Virus record (IMG/VR): IMGVR_UViG_3300010413_000005
Coordinates: 1 to 64,000 of that record
Direction: 5' to 3' (one strand)
Source of the DNA: a virus
DNA: 64,000 nt
Shown: positions 18,304-27,643 of the stretch, piece by piece
Layout: each line of letters opens with the position of its first letter
How positions within the stretch are numbered: the first letter of the stretch is position 1
Program-made: the position numbers and the translations under genes
The notes under the pieces: model-generated
What the model was told of the DNA's origin: nothing
The model's database searches: none
What the model saw: only the letters and a program-made list of their open reading frames with translations

Positions 18304-18557
18304 TTTGATTCTTGCTCGGCCGTCGCTTCTCGATACGCTTTCACGCACTTTTTACAAATGTTGTGTTCCATATGGAACTCGGTCATCGGAACTTCCAGAT
18401 CCCAACCTCCGGAGCGCTCGTTCGGCCAACCACACAATCCTGGAGTGTCTATCCCTCCACCGTACTTATGTCCTCTTTCGGACAACTTCCGGATGTGCCA
18501 AAGACTATGCGGAGTGGCCGCGTACGATTCGCAAATCGAGTATTTATCTTGAGCCAC
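18300..18557 (-). CDS. small Cys/His zinc-binding protein
   Basis: WH...LCG...ICKKC; AGGAGG RBS. Confidence 0.65.
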   Translation of the reverse strand: MAQDKYSICESYAATPHSLWHIRKLSERGHKYGGGIDTPGLCGWPNERSGGWDLEVPMTEFHMEHNICKKCVKAYREATAEQESK

Positions 18558-18629
18558 GATACCTCCTATTCATTAATCGTAAACTACGCCTACCGAATAG
18601 GCAAGCGTTTTTTCAGTATAAGTTGATTT

Positions 18630-19148
18630 TTACCACTTGATGCGTCTACGATCGAGTTCGCTCGGAGTCGGAGGTCGCGTTTCGCCGCGTTCCGGTTCTG
18701 ATCTTACCCAATCGCATTGATACATTCGTCGTTGATACAACGGCGTCTCTAACATTTCCTGTCGAGTTATCCTCAGCGGCCAGTCTTCGTTGGCCATAGG
18801 AAATTGGTTGCGATTGTATTCCGGCCGAATAGGAGTCTTGAACACTTCGTCGCGATCCACTTCCACGTACAAATAAAACGGAACTCCGGTTCCGGCGATA
18901 CCGAATTCGTACAGCTTCAACAGAAGCAACTTTTGTTTGGGCTTCACCATCGGAGGCGGATTGTATTTTTCTGTCCAGGTGAGAATCGTAGAAATCAATC
19001 CGCGCGGAGGTAATACGTAGTTCGGAATTGATACCGGCATAGGAGACAATTCATGTACCACTATTTCTTCGTAATCAGCAGGATATTGGCGGTAATCGAA
19101 TTTCATATACCGGATTTCTCCGTTTCTCAATATCACCGGAATTTTCAT
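18630..19148 (-). CDS. Pro-rich hypothetical protein
   Basis: 172-aa ORF in the gene run. Confidence 0.6.
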   Translation of the reverse strand: MKIPVILRNGEIRYMKFDYRQYPADYEEIVVHELSPMPVSIPNYVLPPRGLISTILTWTEKYNPPPMVKPKQKLLLLKLYEFGIAGTGVPFYLYVEVDRDEVFKTPIRPEYNRNQFPMANEDWPLRITRQEMLETPLYQRRMYQCDWVRSEPERGETRPPTPSELDRRRIKW

Positions 19149-19152
19149 GTCA

Positions 19153-20079
19153 CTATCCTTCGATCAATTTGTCTATCAACTCGCACAAATACGCAGATTC
19201 GACGCGATTGCCGTCCTTGACTTTATCTTTCATCGCCGCGATTACTTCGGCGAAATACGCGACGTCGACTCCGGCCAATTGATCTTCCAACGTATGGAAG
19301 TCGTCCAAGTCCAACTTCGATATCTGATGTGCTATTTTCAAAATTTGGCCGGCATGAACGGACCATCCTCTTTTGACGTATTTGCGCACTCTGATCAGAG
19401 AGCAAATAGGATACAGACTTCCGACGTACTTCAGTTCTCGTGCCAAGATACACTCGAGAGCTGCTGTATTCGTCACTACCTCTCGATCCCAACTGGTCCA
19501 GTAATTGGTAACGTGAACGAAATCGTAATTCTCGTGTATCTCCGATGGCTCTCCGTAGAAGCGAATCACCAACTGTATTTTGCCCGATAACGAGATCGCA
19601 TTTCCGGTGATCACCACCGGAAGGTATCGACCGCGTTTACTCAAGCGCTCGAGTGCCGTCTTGGTTTCTTCGGACGGTTCGACCTCTTCCGGATCCTTAT
19701 GGAAATCGATTGTTTCGTCTCCGGTCAGAGCCGATACTCCGGCGCTCTTCACTTTGATGGAAATCCGGTCGCCTATGGTCTCCAAGTACATATCCGGAAC
19801 GTGGCGCCTTGCCTCTCCCGGCTTGGCCTCGTTGTTCATCTCCGTTCTCAGTTCCTTGAACTTTTTGATGTAGTAATTGGCGACCGCTTTCACTGTATCC
19901 GCGTTTCGGAAGTACATATCGTAGTCGTTCACAGTCTCTTGGAGTAACATCGACGTGATACATCCTCATGTTATTATTGTATTTTTGTCTACCAGCCTTC
20001 TGACTTTCTCGTCGTCGATGCTGTCGCACAAATTCTTATGTATGGAAGCTAGTGTTTTGTTTATAGTTCTTTTTTTCAT
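19153..20079 (-). pseudogene. Pol-beta-type nucleotidyltransferase-like gene with an in-frame TGA
   Basis: MKKRTINKTL...TIIT*GCITSMLLQETVNDYDMYF; TGA at 19966-19968 falls in the GG motif; AGGAG RBS at the upstream ATG. Confidence 0.7.
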
Positions 20080-20090
20080 CGTAATCTCCT

Positions 20091-20130
20091 AAAAGAATTC
20101 CCGGCCGAATCTCTCCGACCGGGAATTTCT
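20091..20130 (-). terminator. intrinsic terminator-like hairpin
   Basis: GAAATTCCCGGTCGG-AGAGA-TTCGGCCGGGAATTC followed by TTTT. Confidence 0.6.
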
Positions 20131-20251
20131 CACAATCTACTTGTCTCTTTTGTTGATAGTATGTGTATTAGTTAGAGAACAACCTCTTTTCTTTCCGTTT
20201 ATTGCCGAGCGGAACCATTCCGCGCGATCAAATCTTATAGGCATGCCGATC

Positions 20252-21070
20252 TCAATAATTGGTGATCAACAATTCGAATATCTCGTTACGCTTATTGATA
20301 TCGCTGTTTACCGACCTACGCGCTGAAATCCTTCTCTTGTCGTATCCGCTATACAGACATTCGATAAAGTCGGTATCGCTATTGGACAACATCAATAAGC
20401 ACCCTCTTTTATCCAATTTATCGAACAACAACTTCAATCTTACCTGTTCTATTTTACCAAATTTGTATTTTGTGTAAGATGTGAAATTCGACGTCTCCGA
20501 AACCGGATGGTATGGAGGATCGAAATACAAAAAGTCTCCTGGCTTGGCCAATTTCAATACGTATTCGAATCCGCACCTTATCAACGCGACGTTGGATGAC
20601 AAAGCTTTGGATACCGATCTCAATGCTTCGGGAGTAGGAATGGAAAGTTTGGATTGCCGTCCCATCGGAGAATTGAATTCTCCCTTCGAATTCTCTCTGT
20701 ACAATCCGTTGAAACAAGTCTTATTCAAATAAACGAATAGCGCCGCTCGAGCGGCGCCGCTCATCATTTTCTCGAAGTTGTACAATTCTCGTCTTGAATA
20801 ATACGCTTCGGAGTTGTGAAGCGATTCCAGCAACTTAAGATATGACACGACCTCTTCGACGTCGTCTCTAATCGATTTATACATGTTTATCAGCGAGGCG
20901 TTGATGTCGCTCAATATCGCTATCGAAGGAGCTACTTTGAAAAACATAGAACCGGATCCTAAAAACGGCTCGAAGTATCTTCTATTCGAAACGTCTTCCG
21001 GCAACAGAGGTATTATCTGTTTCAACAATCTGCTTTTACCTCCAACCCACTTTATTACCGGAGAAGCCAC
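20252..21070 (-). CDS. dam: Dam-family (D12) DNA adenine methyltransferase
   Basis: KWVGGK, EPFLGSG, FNGLYR, YFDPPY, ELLITNY. Confidence 0.93.
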   Translation of the reverse strand: MASPVIKWVGGKSRLLKQIIPLLPEDVSNRRYFEPFLGSGSMFFKVAPSIAILSDINASLINMYKSIRDDVEEVVSYLKLLESLHNSEAYYSRRELYNFEKMMSGAARAALFVYLNKTCFNGLYRENSKGEFNSPMGRQSKLSIPTPEALRSVSKALSSNVALIRCGFEYVLKLAKPGDFLYFDPPYHPVSETSNFTSYTKYKFGKIEQVRLKLLFDKLDKRGCLLMLSNSDTDFIECLYSGYDKRRISARRSVNSDINKRNEIFELLITNY

Positions 21071-21082
21071 TGCCTTTATACC

Positions 21083-21108
21083 TACCTTTTCAAACCTTTC
21101 CCTACCTC
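21083..21108. repeat. dispersed repeat, copy 5, just upstream of dam
   Basis: TACCTTTTCAAACCTTTCCCTACCTC. Confidence 0.9.
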
Positions 21109-21112
21109 AAAG

Positions 21113-21137
21113 AAAAGGCGCCGTTTAGACGCCTTTT
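21113..21137. terminator. terminator-like hairpin
   Basis: AAAAGGCG-N9-CGCCTTTT. Confidence 0.55.
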
Positions 21138-21183
21138 CCAATTCCCACTTGTATTCACCGCTTTCCTTTATGGCTCAACGTAC

Positions 21184-21552
21184 TCAAGGATCGTCGCAGA
21201 CCGCGTTATGGATCTGCATCAATCGCTCCTTTTCGTTTTCGAGCACACTGAGAAGAATTTCCGCATCATTACAATATTTAGCCACGGTTTCGTCTTCGGT
21301 TTCTATCAAGTTGCAAGCAGCAACAAACCTCCTTTTCCAGACGTTATATGACTTTTCCACAACGACTGCTCGGTCTAGCGCTGCTTGCTTGTTCTCGTCT
21401 GTACATGCGTCGGTTATGAATCCGTCCACGACGTCGCCGGCCGAACTGATGATGTCGTCCGGATTACTCGATGGCGGACCGCTCCCTAGCAATGAACAAC
21501 CCAGCAGCGCGAATACAATGAAAAATGCGCACGCTATTGCTATTCGTTTCAC
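21184..21552 (-). CDS. lipoprotein
   Basis: Signal peptide with an LLGC lipobox. Confidence 0.75.
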   Translation of the reverse strand: MKRIAIACAFFIVFALLGCSLLGSGPPSSNPDDIISSAGDVVDGFITDACTDENKQAALDRAVVVEKSYNVWKRRFVAACNLIETEDETVAKYCNDAEILLSVLENEKERLMQIHNAVCDDP

Positions 21553-21612
21553 GTCTATCTCCTTTACTCGAACCGGAGCGATCGAACTATCGAACGGAGC
21601 TCCGGAAACGCT

Positions 21613-22149
21613 TTATACGGGTTTGTTTCCGTGTCTATATTCCCTGGTCCAGTTGTATTTCATTTTGATGATAAGGTGAGCTGAAGCGAGCTTTTTGACC
21701 ATAGCCATAGCTTCCAGAATTCTGACTATCGCATCCGACATTTCGATCGGGAATCCCTCCGGCTTGCCCGTAGTCTCGTCATAATACACTTCCATATTTC
21801 CACTTCTCAATTCTTCTAAAGCCTCGCTCAATTCGGAATGCGCCAAAGCTATTTTGGCCGTCAACTCTAACGGAGTAGGATTTTCGATCCACCAACCCTT
21901 GGACTTCGACCACTCTTCTATCTCTTTCGTCAAACCGTCGAAAGTAAGCGATCCGGCATCGTGATTCTCGCACAAACCGGACTTGGCACAATCGCAACTC
22001 GGTCGCTGTAAGTTGGCTCGTTGCTCTCTTTCCCGTATTGCTTTTTCTCGTTCGTCCAATTCGAGCTTTACGTTGCGCAGATACAATACAGAAAATAAAC
22101 CGACGATAATGACGGATACGCCTACCAATAACATGATTATTTGATACAT
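21613..22149 (-). CDS. MazG-like NTP pyrophosphohydrolase with an N-terminal membrane anchor
   Basis: ALAHSELSEALEELR...EMSDAIVRI...KMKYNWTREYRHG. Confidence 0.8.
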   Translation of the reverse strand: MYQIIMLLVGVSVIIVGLFSVLYLRNVKLELDEREKAIREREQRANLQRPSCDCAKSGLCENHDAGSLTFDGLTKEIEEWSKSKGWWIENPTPLELTAKIALAHSELSEALEELRSGNMEVYYDETTGKPEGFPIEMSDAIVRILEAMAMVKKLASAHLIIKMKYNWTREYRHGNKPV

Positions 22150-22745
22150 CTACGCTCTCCTCTTCTGCCGCTCAATCCGCGCTCTCCGGGCAGATTGCAA
22201 TCGGCGACGAAACGAGGTTTGGCTTTCTCGTTTTCGTATTTCGCTCTCCACTTTTCTGATTTCTCTTCCGATTTGTAAATCTTATTTTCCAAGCTCCTGA
22301 TATTCCTTCTCAGTCGCGCTCGCTCTTTCGATAACTTCCCCACCTTGTTTTCTAATGAACTCACGGTCCGAGACACTCTGCCCAATTTTGTCTTCAGAAA
22401 TCCGCATTCACGTAAATGCGCTTTCGACTTATCGCGCAATCTTACCAATTCCAATGAATTGTATTGCGCTTTTGCTACATGTTCTTCGCGTCGTTCCAAT
22501 TCGGATAAAACGTGGGACATAGCTTCCATAACTGCTACGAAATCGTTGTGCGCGTTTACGAATCTAGATGCCAATTTGTCGCAATCGGCGCCTCCGTTTA
22601 TCCACGCTACCTTTTCGCCTGTTTGCGCGTCCACTATTTTGATGCCGGAATCATACGAAACGGATTCGTACGTTCCGATGTCGTCCTTCCAACGAGTCCG
22701 TATCTCTTCTATTCCGTCGACTCCGGACTTGCTTCTCAATACCAT
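22137..22745 (-). CDS. coiled-coil hypothetical protein
   Basis: Long heptad-like region. Confidence 0.6.
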   Translation of the reverse strand: MVLRSKSGVDGIEEIRTRWKDDIGTYESVSYDSGIKIVDAQTGEKVAWINGGADCDKLASRFVNAHNDFVAVMEAMSHVLSELERREEHVAKAQYNSLELVRLRDKSKAHLRECGFLKTKLGRVSRTVSSLENKVGKLSKERARLRRNIRSLENKIYKSEEKSEKWRAKYENEKAKPRFVADCNLPGERGLSGRRGERRCIK

Positions 22746-22807
22746 ACTGTCTTGCGACCTTTCATACGTATTGTAATTACGACTGCTTTCTACCTCTTAT
22801 GAAATAA

Positions 22808-23305
22808 TCAATTGGAGCAAGCCCAAGTCTCTACATTGTTCAAATAATTGCCGTCTTCCCAGAGACGCGGATCGGCGTGGTCATGGTCCGCGTCTCCTAA
22901 AATCCGATAGGACAACGCGTGTATGTATTCGTGTTTCAGCGAATCCTCCATGAACAGCAGATTGCCTACGTCTAACACATATATTTGCTTGTTTTTAGCG
23001 AGGTGGCATCCGGCGACCATTTTCCCTTCCGGAAGGTTCTCTGGAATGCAATTTGAAGGCAATTCGTCTACGATAACGACCGGGATACTCTTGACATCTT
23101 GATACGCTTCGTACGGGATTTCTTTTCCCATTACTTGTTCCCAAGCATCCACAGTCCCTTTGAATGCGTCCATGAAATCCAAAGTCGGTTTTTCTTCGAC
23201 GACCGGATTGGTGCAACCGAAAGATAGCGCCAAAAAAATCAACGACGCAAAGACCGTTTTGTATCCTCTTCTTCGTCCAATTGTTTGATCAATTCGTCTG
23301 TCCAT
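22808..23305 (-). CDS. lipoprotein, HEXXH zinc metallopeptidase-like
   Basis: LSFGC lipobox; HEYIH. Confidence 0.65.
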   Translation of the reverse strand: MDRRIDQTIGRRRGYKTVFASLIFLALSFGCTNPVVEEKPTLDFMDAFKGTVDAWEQVMGKEIPYEAYQDVKSIPVVIVDELPSNCIPENLPEGKMVAGCHLAKNKQIYVLDVGNLLFMEDSLKHEYIHALSYRILGDADHDHADPRLWEDGNYLNNVETWACSN

Positions 23306-23478
23306 CTCAACGCGTTCCTTACTGTGTCTAGAGTGTTTTGTGAAGACGGATTTTCCAAAATCAGAGCCGATAGTATCCTGGTGGCTATCAACTCTCTTCG
23401 ACTCGGGATGTGGAAATATCCTTCCAGTATTACTTCAGTAATAACTGTTTTGATCGTCTGTTTCAAATCTCCGAACAT
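23239..23478 (-). CDS. hypothetical protein
   Basis: TAATG coupling. Confidence 0.55.
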   Translation of the reverse strand: MFGDLKQTIKTVITEVILEGYFHIPSRRELIATRILSALILENPSSQNTLDTVRNALRWTDELIKQLDEEEDTKRSLRR

Positions 23479-23756
23479 TACACACCTATCTTCTTTCTGC
23501 GCGCCGGATCGTGGTGAGTAGAATACTCTACTTCTTCCGACTCGCGATAGTTACGAGTGCGCAGAGGCCGCGGTTTGCCGTCGACGGTGAATTGAACGCA
23601 AGAACCTTCGTCGTATCCGTGAAACAGATTTCTGTGCCCCTTCCCGGAGCATTCCGGATGCTTGCAACGTTCGCATATCGTGTATTTGTAAGCGAAAGAA
23701 TCTTTCTTTTCCTCTTCGTCCGGAGGAGGAGCCTTTTTGGATAAATCGCCTGCCAT
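23478..23756 (-). CDS. hypothetical protein with a Cys motif
   Basis: CERCKHPEC. Confidence 0.55.
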   Translation of the reverse strand: MAGDLSKKAPPPDEEEKKDSFAYKYTICERCKHPECSGKGHRNLFHGYDEGSCVQFTVDGKPRPLRTRNYRESEEVEYSTHHDPARRKKIGV

Positions 23757-23757
23757 A

Positions 23758-24579
23758 TCAAAGCGCTATCGGTTCGTCTGTGAATTTGATGTCGGCGTAT
23801 TCCTCTTGTTCAGAGATCTTGATCTTCTTCTTGTTTTTGGTCAGAAGATACATCGAAGACATCCTTGACCAAACGACCACATGCGATATGTAGAATCCGT
23901 ATTTGTCTCCGTAGTATTCTGACGCGATCGGGAAGTATTCTCTCCAATCTGTGATGTTCTTTCCGAACAATTCCGAGTAAACCGCAAGATTCTTCTCGAA
24001 TCTACGGATACCGTACAACGCGGAATCGGTTATGGTGACGTACTTTTTGGCGCAATCGAATATACCTGCCAACACAGATCGATACTTCGGATCCTTCTTC
24101 TCTCGAGCCAAAGTGAATTGATTGAAATCGGCGTGAACCCAATCGAATTGAAATCTCTTCGCGGCGCCGGATTCGTGTAACACCCTCATAGTCTCGTACG
24201 AATCCGCTTCTTTCACCACCACAGAAGGGTGCAACGATTCGCGAACGCTACGAACGCAATTCGGACAAGCGTCCCAAGCCAAGTGTTTTTTCTCTTCGAG
24301 AAAAAGCAAATCCTGTATGATCGCGGAATGCCATCCGCTTCCGGCGAATAACTCCAATACGGTCTTGGAATCGGTCACCAGCTTACAAAGACGCTTGAAG
24401 GCGGCGACGTCCTTGTAAACGTCCTTCCTGCCTATGCAATACGTGGAATGCGAATCGTCGCGACCGGGAGAACCGGAATTCCCGTCTGTGTACAGCACCA
24501 TATTTCTGCCCTCTACGTTCACAAAGTACTTGAACACTTCTCCTCCTATTTTGTGTTTTTGTTCAAATCGAAGTCGCAA
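23758..24579 (-). CDS. class I SAM-dependent methyltransferase-like protein
   Basis: VLELFAGSG motif I, LAWD, ADSY, FDWVHADFN. The start is probably later (after GGAGGAG). Confidence 0.65.
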   Translation of the reverse strand: MRLRFEQKHKIGGEVFKYFVNVEGRNMVLYTDGNSGSPGRDDSHSTYCIGRKDVYKDVAAFKRLCKLVTDSKTVLELFAGSGWHSAIIQDLLFLEEKKHLAWDACPNCVRSVRESLHPSVVVKEADSYETMRVLHESGAAKRFQFDWVHADFNQFTLAREKKDPKYRSVLAGIFDCAKKYVTITDSALYGIRRFEKNLAVYSELFGKNITDWREYFPIASEYYGDKYGFYISHVVVWSRMSSMYLLTKNKKKIKISEQEEYADIKFTDEPIAL

Positions 24580-24851
24580 AGCAAAAGGAGGTGTTTATCC
24601 TCCGTCCATTCGTATTCACAGCTGTGCGGTATTTCTTTGAGTTCGCGTCCGGTCCTCTCTTTTACCAACTCGGATATCGTCTGTACTGTCTTCAGTACGA
24701 CCGGAGCTGTTTCGAAAGCGGTTTGCAGCGTAGCGCAAGCCACCCAAGTAAAAAACATTCCGAAGAAAGTCACGAACGCTACGATTTTCAAATCGGCCTT
24801 GTGTCCTAAATAATACAAACAATTGTCCACGAATTCTATAATTCTTTTCAT
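24546..24851 (-). CDS. membrane protein
   Basis: Hydrophobic IVAFVTFFGMFFTWVAC. Confidence 0.55.
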   Translation of the reverse strand: MKRIIEFVDNCLYYLGHKADLKIVAFVTFFGMFFTWVACATLQTAFETAPVVLKTVQTISELVKERTGRELKEIPHSCEYEWTEDKHLLLLCDFDLNKNTK

Positions 24852-25216
24852 GATAACTCCAATCCCGGAAGGTTGCCGATCGCCTTTTTACTTCGGCGCG
24901 TCTCCGCCCTTCTAATCTTGTGCATACCGGAATCATGTCTGAGATGGCACTGTTGGCAAAGAGCGGCCAAATTGCTGTCGTCGTTATGTAAAGTATCGTG
25001 ATCCAGATGGGCTATCTGAAGCGATATTTTCGTCTTCGGTTGTCCGGCCGCGCGGCGCCGTTCGTATTCGTCGATGTCTTCCACGAAAACGCCTTCTCGA
25101 TCTCTGTATCCCAATTTGCCGTCTTCGGCTCCGCATTGTTCACAGCGCCGGCCGGCCCTGTTCAAAATGAACTCTCTAATCGTTCCCCAACCCTTTATGT
25201 ACGCTCTCCTATTCAC
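24848..25216 (-). CDS. HNH endonuclease
   Basis: RCEQCG...IAHLDHD...NLAALCQQCHLRHD. Confidence 0.88.
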   Translation of the reverse strand: MNRRAYIKGWGTIREFILNRAGRRCEQCGAEDGKLGYRDREGVFVEDIDEYERRRAAGQPKTKISLQIAHLDHDTLHNDDSNLAALCQQCHLRHDSGMHKIRRAETRRSKKAIGNLPGLELS

Positions 25217-25478
25217 CGTCGTCTTCTTCGTCCTCTTCTTGCGAATTGAGGCATTCTTCGCACATTTGAACCGTTTCGCCGTTCAACTTGCCCATGAACA
25301 AGTGATTTTGGCAAAAGTAGTATCCGCAGGTTTCTCCGTTCTCGTGCATACCTCCGCATACGTACGCCAACCCGTGATCGATTTTCTCTTCGCATCCGGG
25401 ATGGTGGCAAACGCCTTCGACCGCGTAACCCATCTCTTCTCCAGTATCGTTATTCACTCCGCAGCGCGACCAACCCAT
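25209..25478 (-). CDS. Cys-rich zinc-finger phage protein
   Basis: MGYAVEGVCHHPGC...CGGMH...CGYYFCQNH...CEEC. Confidence 0.7.
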   Translation of the reverse strand: MGWSRCGVNNDTGEEMGYAVEGVCHHPGCEEKIDHGLAYVCGGMHENGETCGYYFCQNHLFMGKLNGETVQMCEECLNSQEEDEEDDGE

Positions 25479-25479
25479 A

Positions 25480-26028
25480 TCACCACTCCTTCTTGTCAGT
25501 GCTGAGACTTTCGTATCCTAACCGATCTGCCACCTTCTTCACTACTCGAGAACCGGCGAACGGATCGACGATTGTTCCTCCCGGAGGACAGTGTGTTCGG
25601 ATGAGTTTCTCCACCAAGCTGTCAGGCTTTTGGTGTGGATGGATTATCGGACCGATGTGCGTATCGAAGAACAATCCGGTCTTGGAATGAAAATTCAAAC
25701 CAGGACCGAACCAATCACCGTGAAATACCGCGATCGCTTCTACGAATCTCGGATATCGTTTAGAGACGTTTTTCGGAGAAGGAGGTTTGATCCAATGAGC
25801 AACTCTATCCGGAACTATGCTCAGCGTCGATAACTGCTCCGGATACATGAAACAGATTATTGCTCCGCCTTCTTTCCTGAGCCACCAACCCAAATCGATG
25901 GCTTTATTCAACTCGACCGGATCGTATATGGGATCCAGAAATACGAAATCCGCGGAATGTTGTTCCAATTTGTCGTACAAAGAGTACGCGTCGCATTTGT
26001 AAAACGTTCCCGGATTGTCGTAATGCAC
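25480..26028 (-). CDS. N4/N6 DNA methyltransferase (beta class, compact)
   Basis: FLDPIY, HPHQKP, IVDPFAGS. Confidence 0.8.
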   Translation of the reverse strand: MHYDNPGTFYKCDAYSLYDKLEQHSADFVFLDPIYDPVELNKAIDLGWWLRKEGGAIICFMYPEQLSTLSIVPDRVAHWIKPPSPKNVSKRYPRFVEAIAVFHGDWFGPGLNFHSKTGLFFDTHIGPIIHPHQKPDSLVEKLIRTHCPPGGTIVDPFAGSRVVKKVADRLGYESLSTDKKEW

Positions 26029-26654
26029 TATTGAAGCTTTCTTTCTATTTCTTGGCAGATTCTTTCTGTTACTTGAGATGGCATTTCGTTGCCGTCTAAT
26101 ACGACGATATGTTGATAGAATTTCTGCTTCATTCCTTTATACCAACCGTGAACTCTCTTCTGTATATCGTCTGCTTCGGTGTAATCTTTGCGCGTACGAG
26201 ATTCCAATCTCCTTTTTGCTTCTTCCAATTTGACGTCCAACACAAAAGTCAAATCCGGAGGAACGGCGCGACCGTTCACCGTTCTGACGAACATCTCCGA
26301 TTGCCAATTTTCCGACTGATAAGCCATAGATGAATAATAATATCGGTCGCACAGCACGATCATCCCCGTATTGAGCGCCGGCCGAACTTCTCTGTTCAAA
26401 TGGTCCATCCTATCGGCCGCGAACAACAAAGCCATCGTAGCGTCGCCGCGATCGGTTTCTATTTGCCCGGACAGTATCCGACGAATCAATCTGCCTATCG
26501 GTCCGTCGCTCGGTTCCCTCGTGCAATATACGGAGTAGTTCCTCCTACGCAGCTCGCTAGACACAGTTACGATTTGTGTAGTGGTGCCGGAACCGTCGAT
26601 TCCTTCCAGCACCACGAACAACCCTCGTTTCGGAGTAGAAGCGTTATTGGTCAT
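26028..26654 (-). CDS. tmk: thymidylate kinase
   Basis: EGIDGSGTTT, TREP, LLFAADR, CDRY..SSMAYQ, PDLTF. Confidence 0.93.
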   Translation of the reverse strand: MTNNASTPKRGLFVVLEGIDGSGTTTQIVTVSSELRRRNYSVYCTREPSDGPIGRLIRRILSGQIETDRGDATMALLFAADRMDHLNREVRPALNTGMIVLCDRYYYSSMAYQSENWQSEMFVRTVNGRAVPPDLTFVLDVKLEEAKRRLESRTRKDYTEADDIQKRVHGWYKGMKQKFYQHIVVLDGNEMPSQVTERICQEIERKLQ

Positions 26655-27619
26655 TTCATTGCGTCTAACACGTCGTCAGCTGCAGCGGAAACCAGAGCAC
26701 TAGGATCCCACCTCTTGATTCCTCGAAATCTCTTTTCGTTTACTTCTATCGGCTCCAAGAACCTTATGAAACTGCCGTGTACGGTAGTCGAACCTGGCTT
26801 CAAGATTCCGGCCTCTACCAGTTGATTTATCTTCTCTTCGGCCGCAGGATTGGCGATCGATCTTGTAACCGCGTAATACCCTCCGGGAACCCTAGTGCCA
26901 CATCCGCGCGCCTCTTCTTCTCCGAGTTCTTCCGTAGTCACCAATTTGAAGTCTTTTTTGATCTTGGCAATCAGTTCTTCGGAGTCTCCCGGATTGAAGA
27001 TGTATTCGATTTCACAGGGAACGAACAATCCGAATATCTTGGCGTGTGGTAATTTGCCGGTTCCTCCGCAACATTCGCACATGTGTTTCTCTTTGACTTC
27101 CTTATCCGCGTCGAAAAGCTTGGGTTGGTGTAGCCAATAATTGTATTGGCGGTAATCCATGCGAGTGCTTTCTGAATTGTCGATTATGACGTACCCTCCG
27201 GTTCCTCCCTTGTAAGTTCCGGCGCCATGACACAGCTCACAATCGTCTCGAGATTCTATCAATTTGATCAGGCGTCGAACGCGATTACGTCTCACTTTAG
27301 ATTCGTTTTCGTCTTCAATGATCACTCGAAGTTGGGAAAGCGTGTATTTACCGCATATCTCGCACAACTCCTCCATGTCCAGGATTTGTTTGTTCTTCTT
27401 ACGGCACTCGGGACACTCCAAATCGCCTACACAGATCGGACAATCGTAGTAATCGCCTTCGTCGTGTGCCACGTATATGACCGAATCACCGTCCGTCAAC
27501 TTCTTGGCTACGGCCGGACCGCTGAGACGTTTGGATATTCCGCGCGCTATGGCTTCTCCGCACCAATCCTCTATGGTGGGATAATGTTCTTTTCCTATCC
27601 ACATCAAATAACTGTCCAT
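26651..27619 (-). CDS. multi-CxxC zinc-finger hypothetical protein
   Basis: CPIC, CPEC, CEIC, CELCHGAG, CECCGGTG. Confidence 0.75.
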   Translation of the reverse strand: MDSYLMWIGKEHYPTIEDWCGEAIARGISKRLSGPAVAKKLTDGDSVIYVAHDEGDYYDCPICVGDLECPECRKKNKQILDMEELCEICGKYTLSQLRVIIEDENESKVRRNRVRRLIKLIESRDDCELCHGAGTYKGGTGGYVIIDNSESTRMDYRQYNYWLHQPKLFDADKEVKEKHMCECCGGTGKLPHAKIFGLFVPCEIEYIFNPGDSEELIAKIKKDFKLVTTEELGEEEARGCGTRVPGGYYAVTRSIANPAAEEKINQLVEAGILKPGSTTVHGSFIRFLEPIEVNEKRFRGIKRWDPSALVSAAADDVLDAMK

Positions 27620-27643
27620 TCGAACCTCCGTTTGTCTATACCC

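Noticed and set aside
19966-19968. Genome-wide TGA-to-Gly or TGA-to-Trp recoding
   Set aside because: TGA ends conserved genes at their expected C-termini (dam, sbcC) and forms many ATGA stop/start overlaps.
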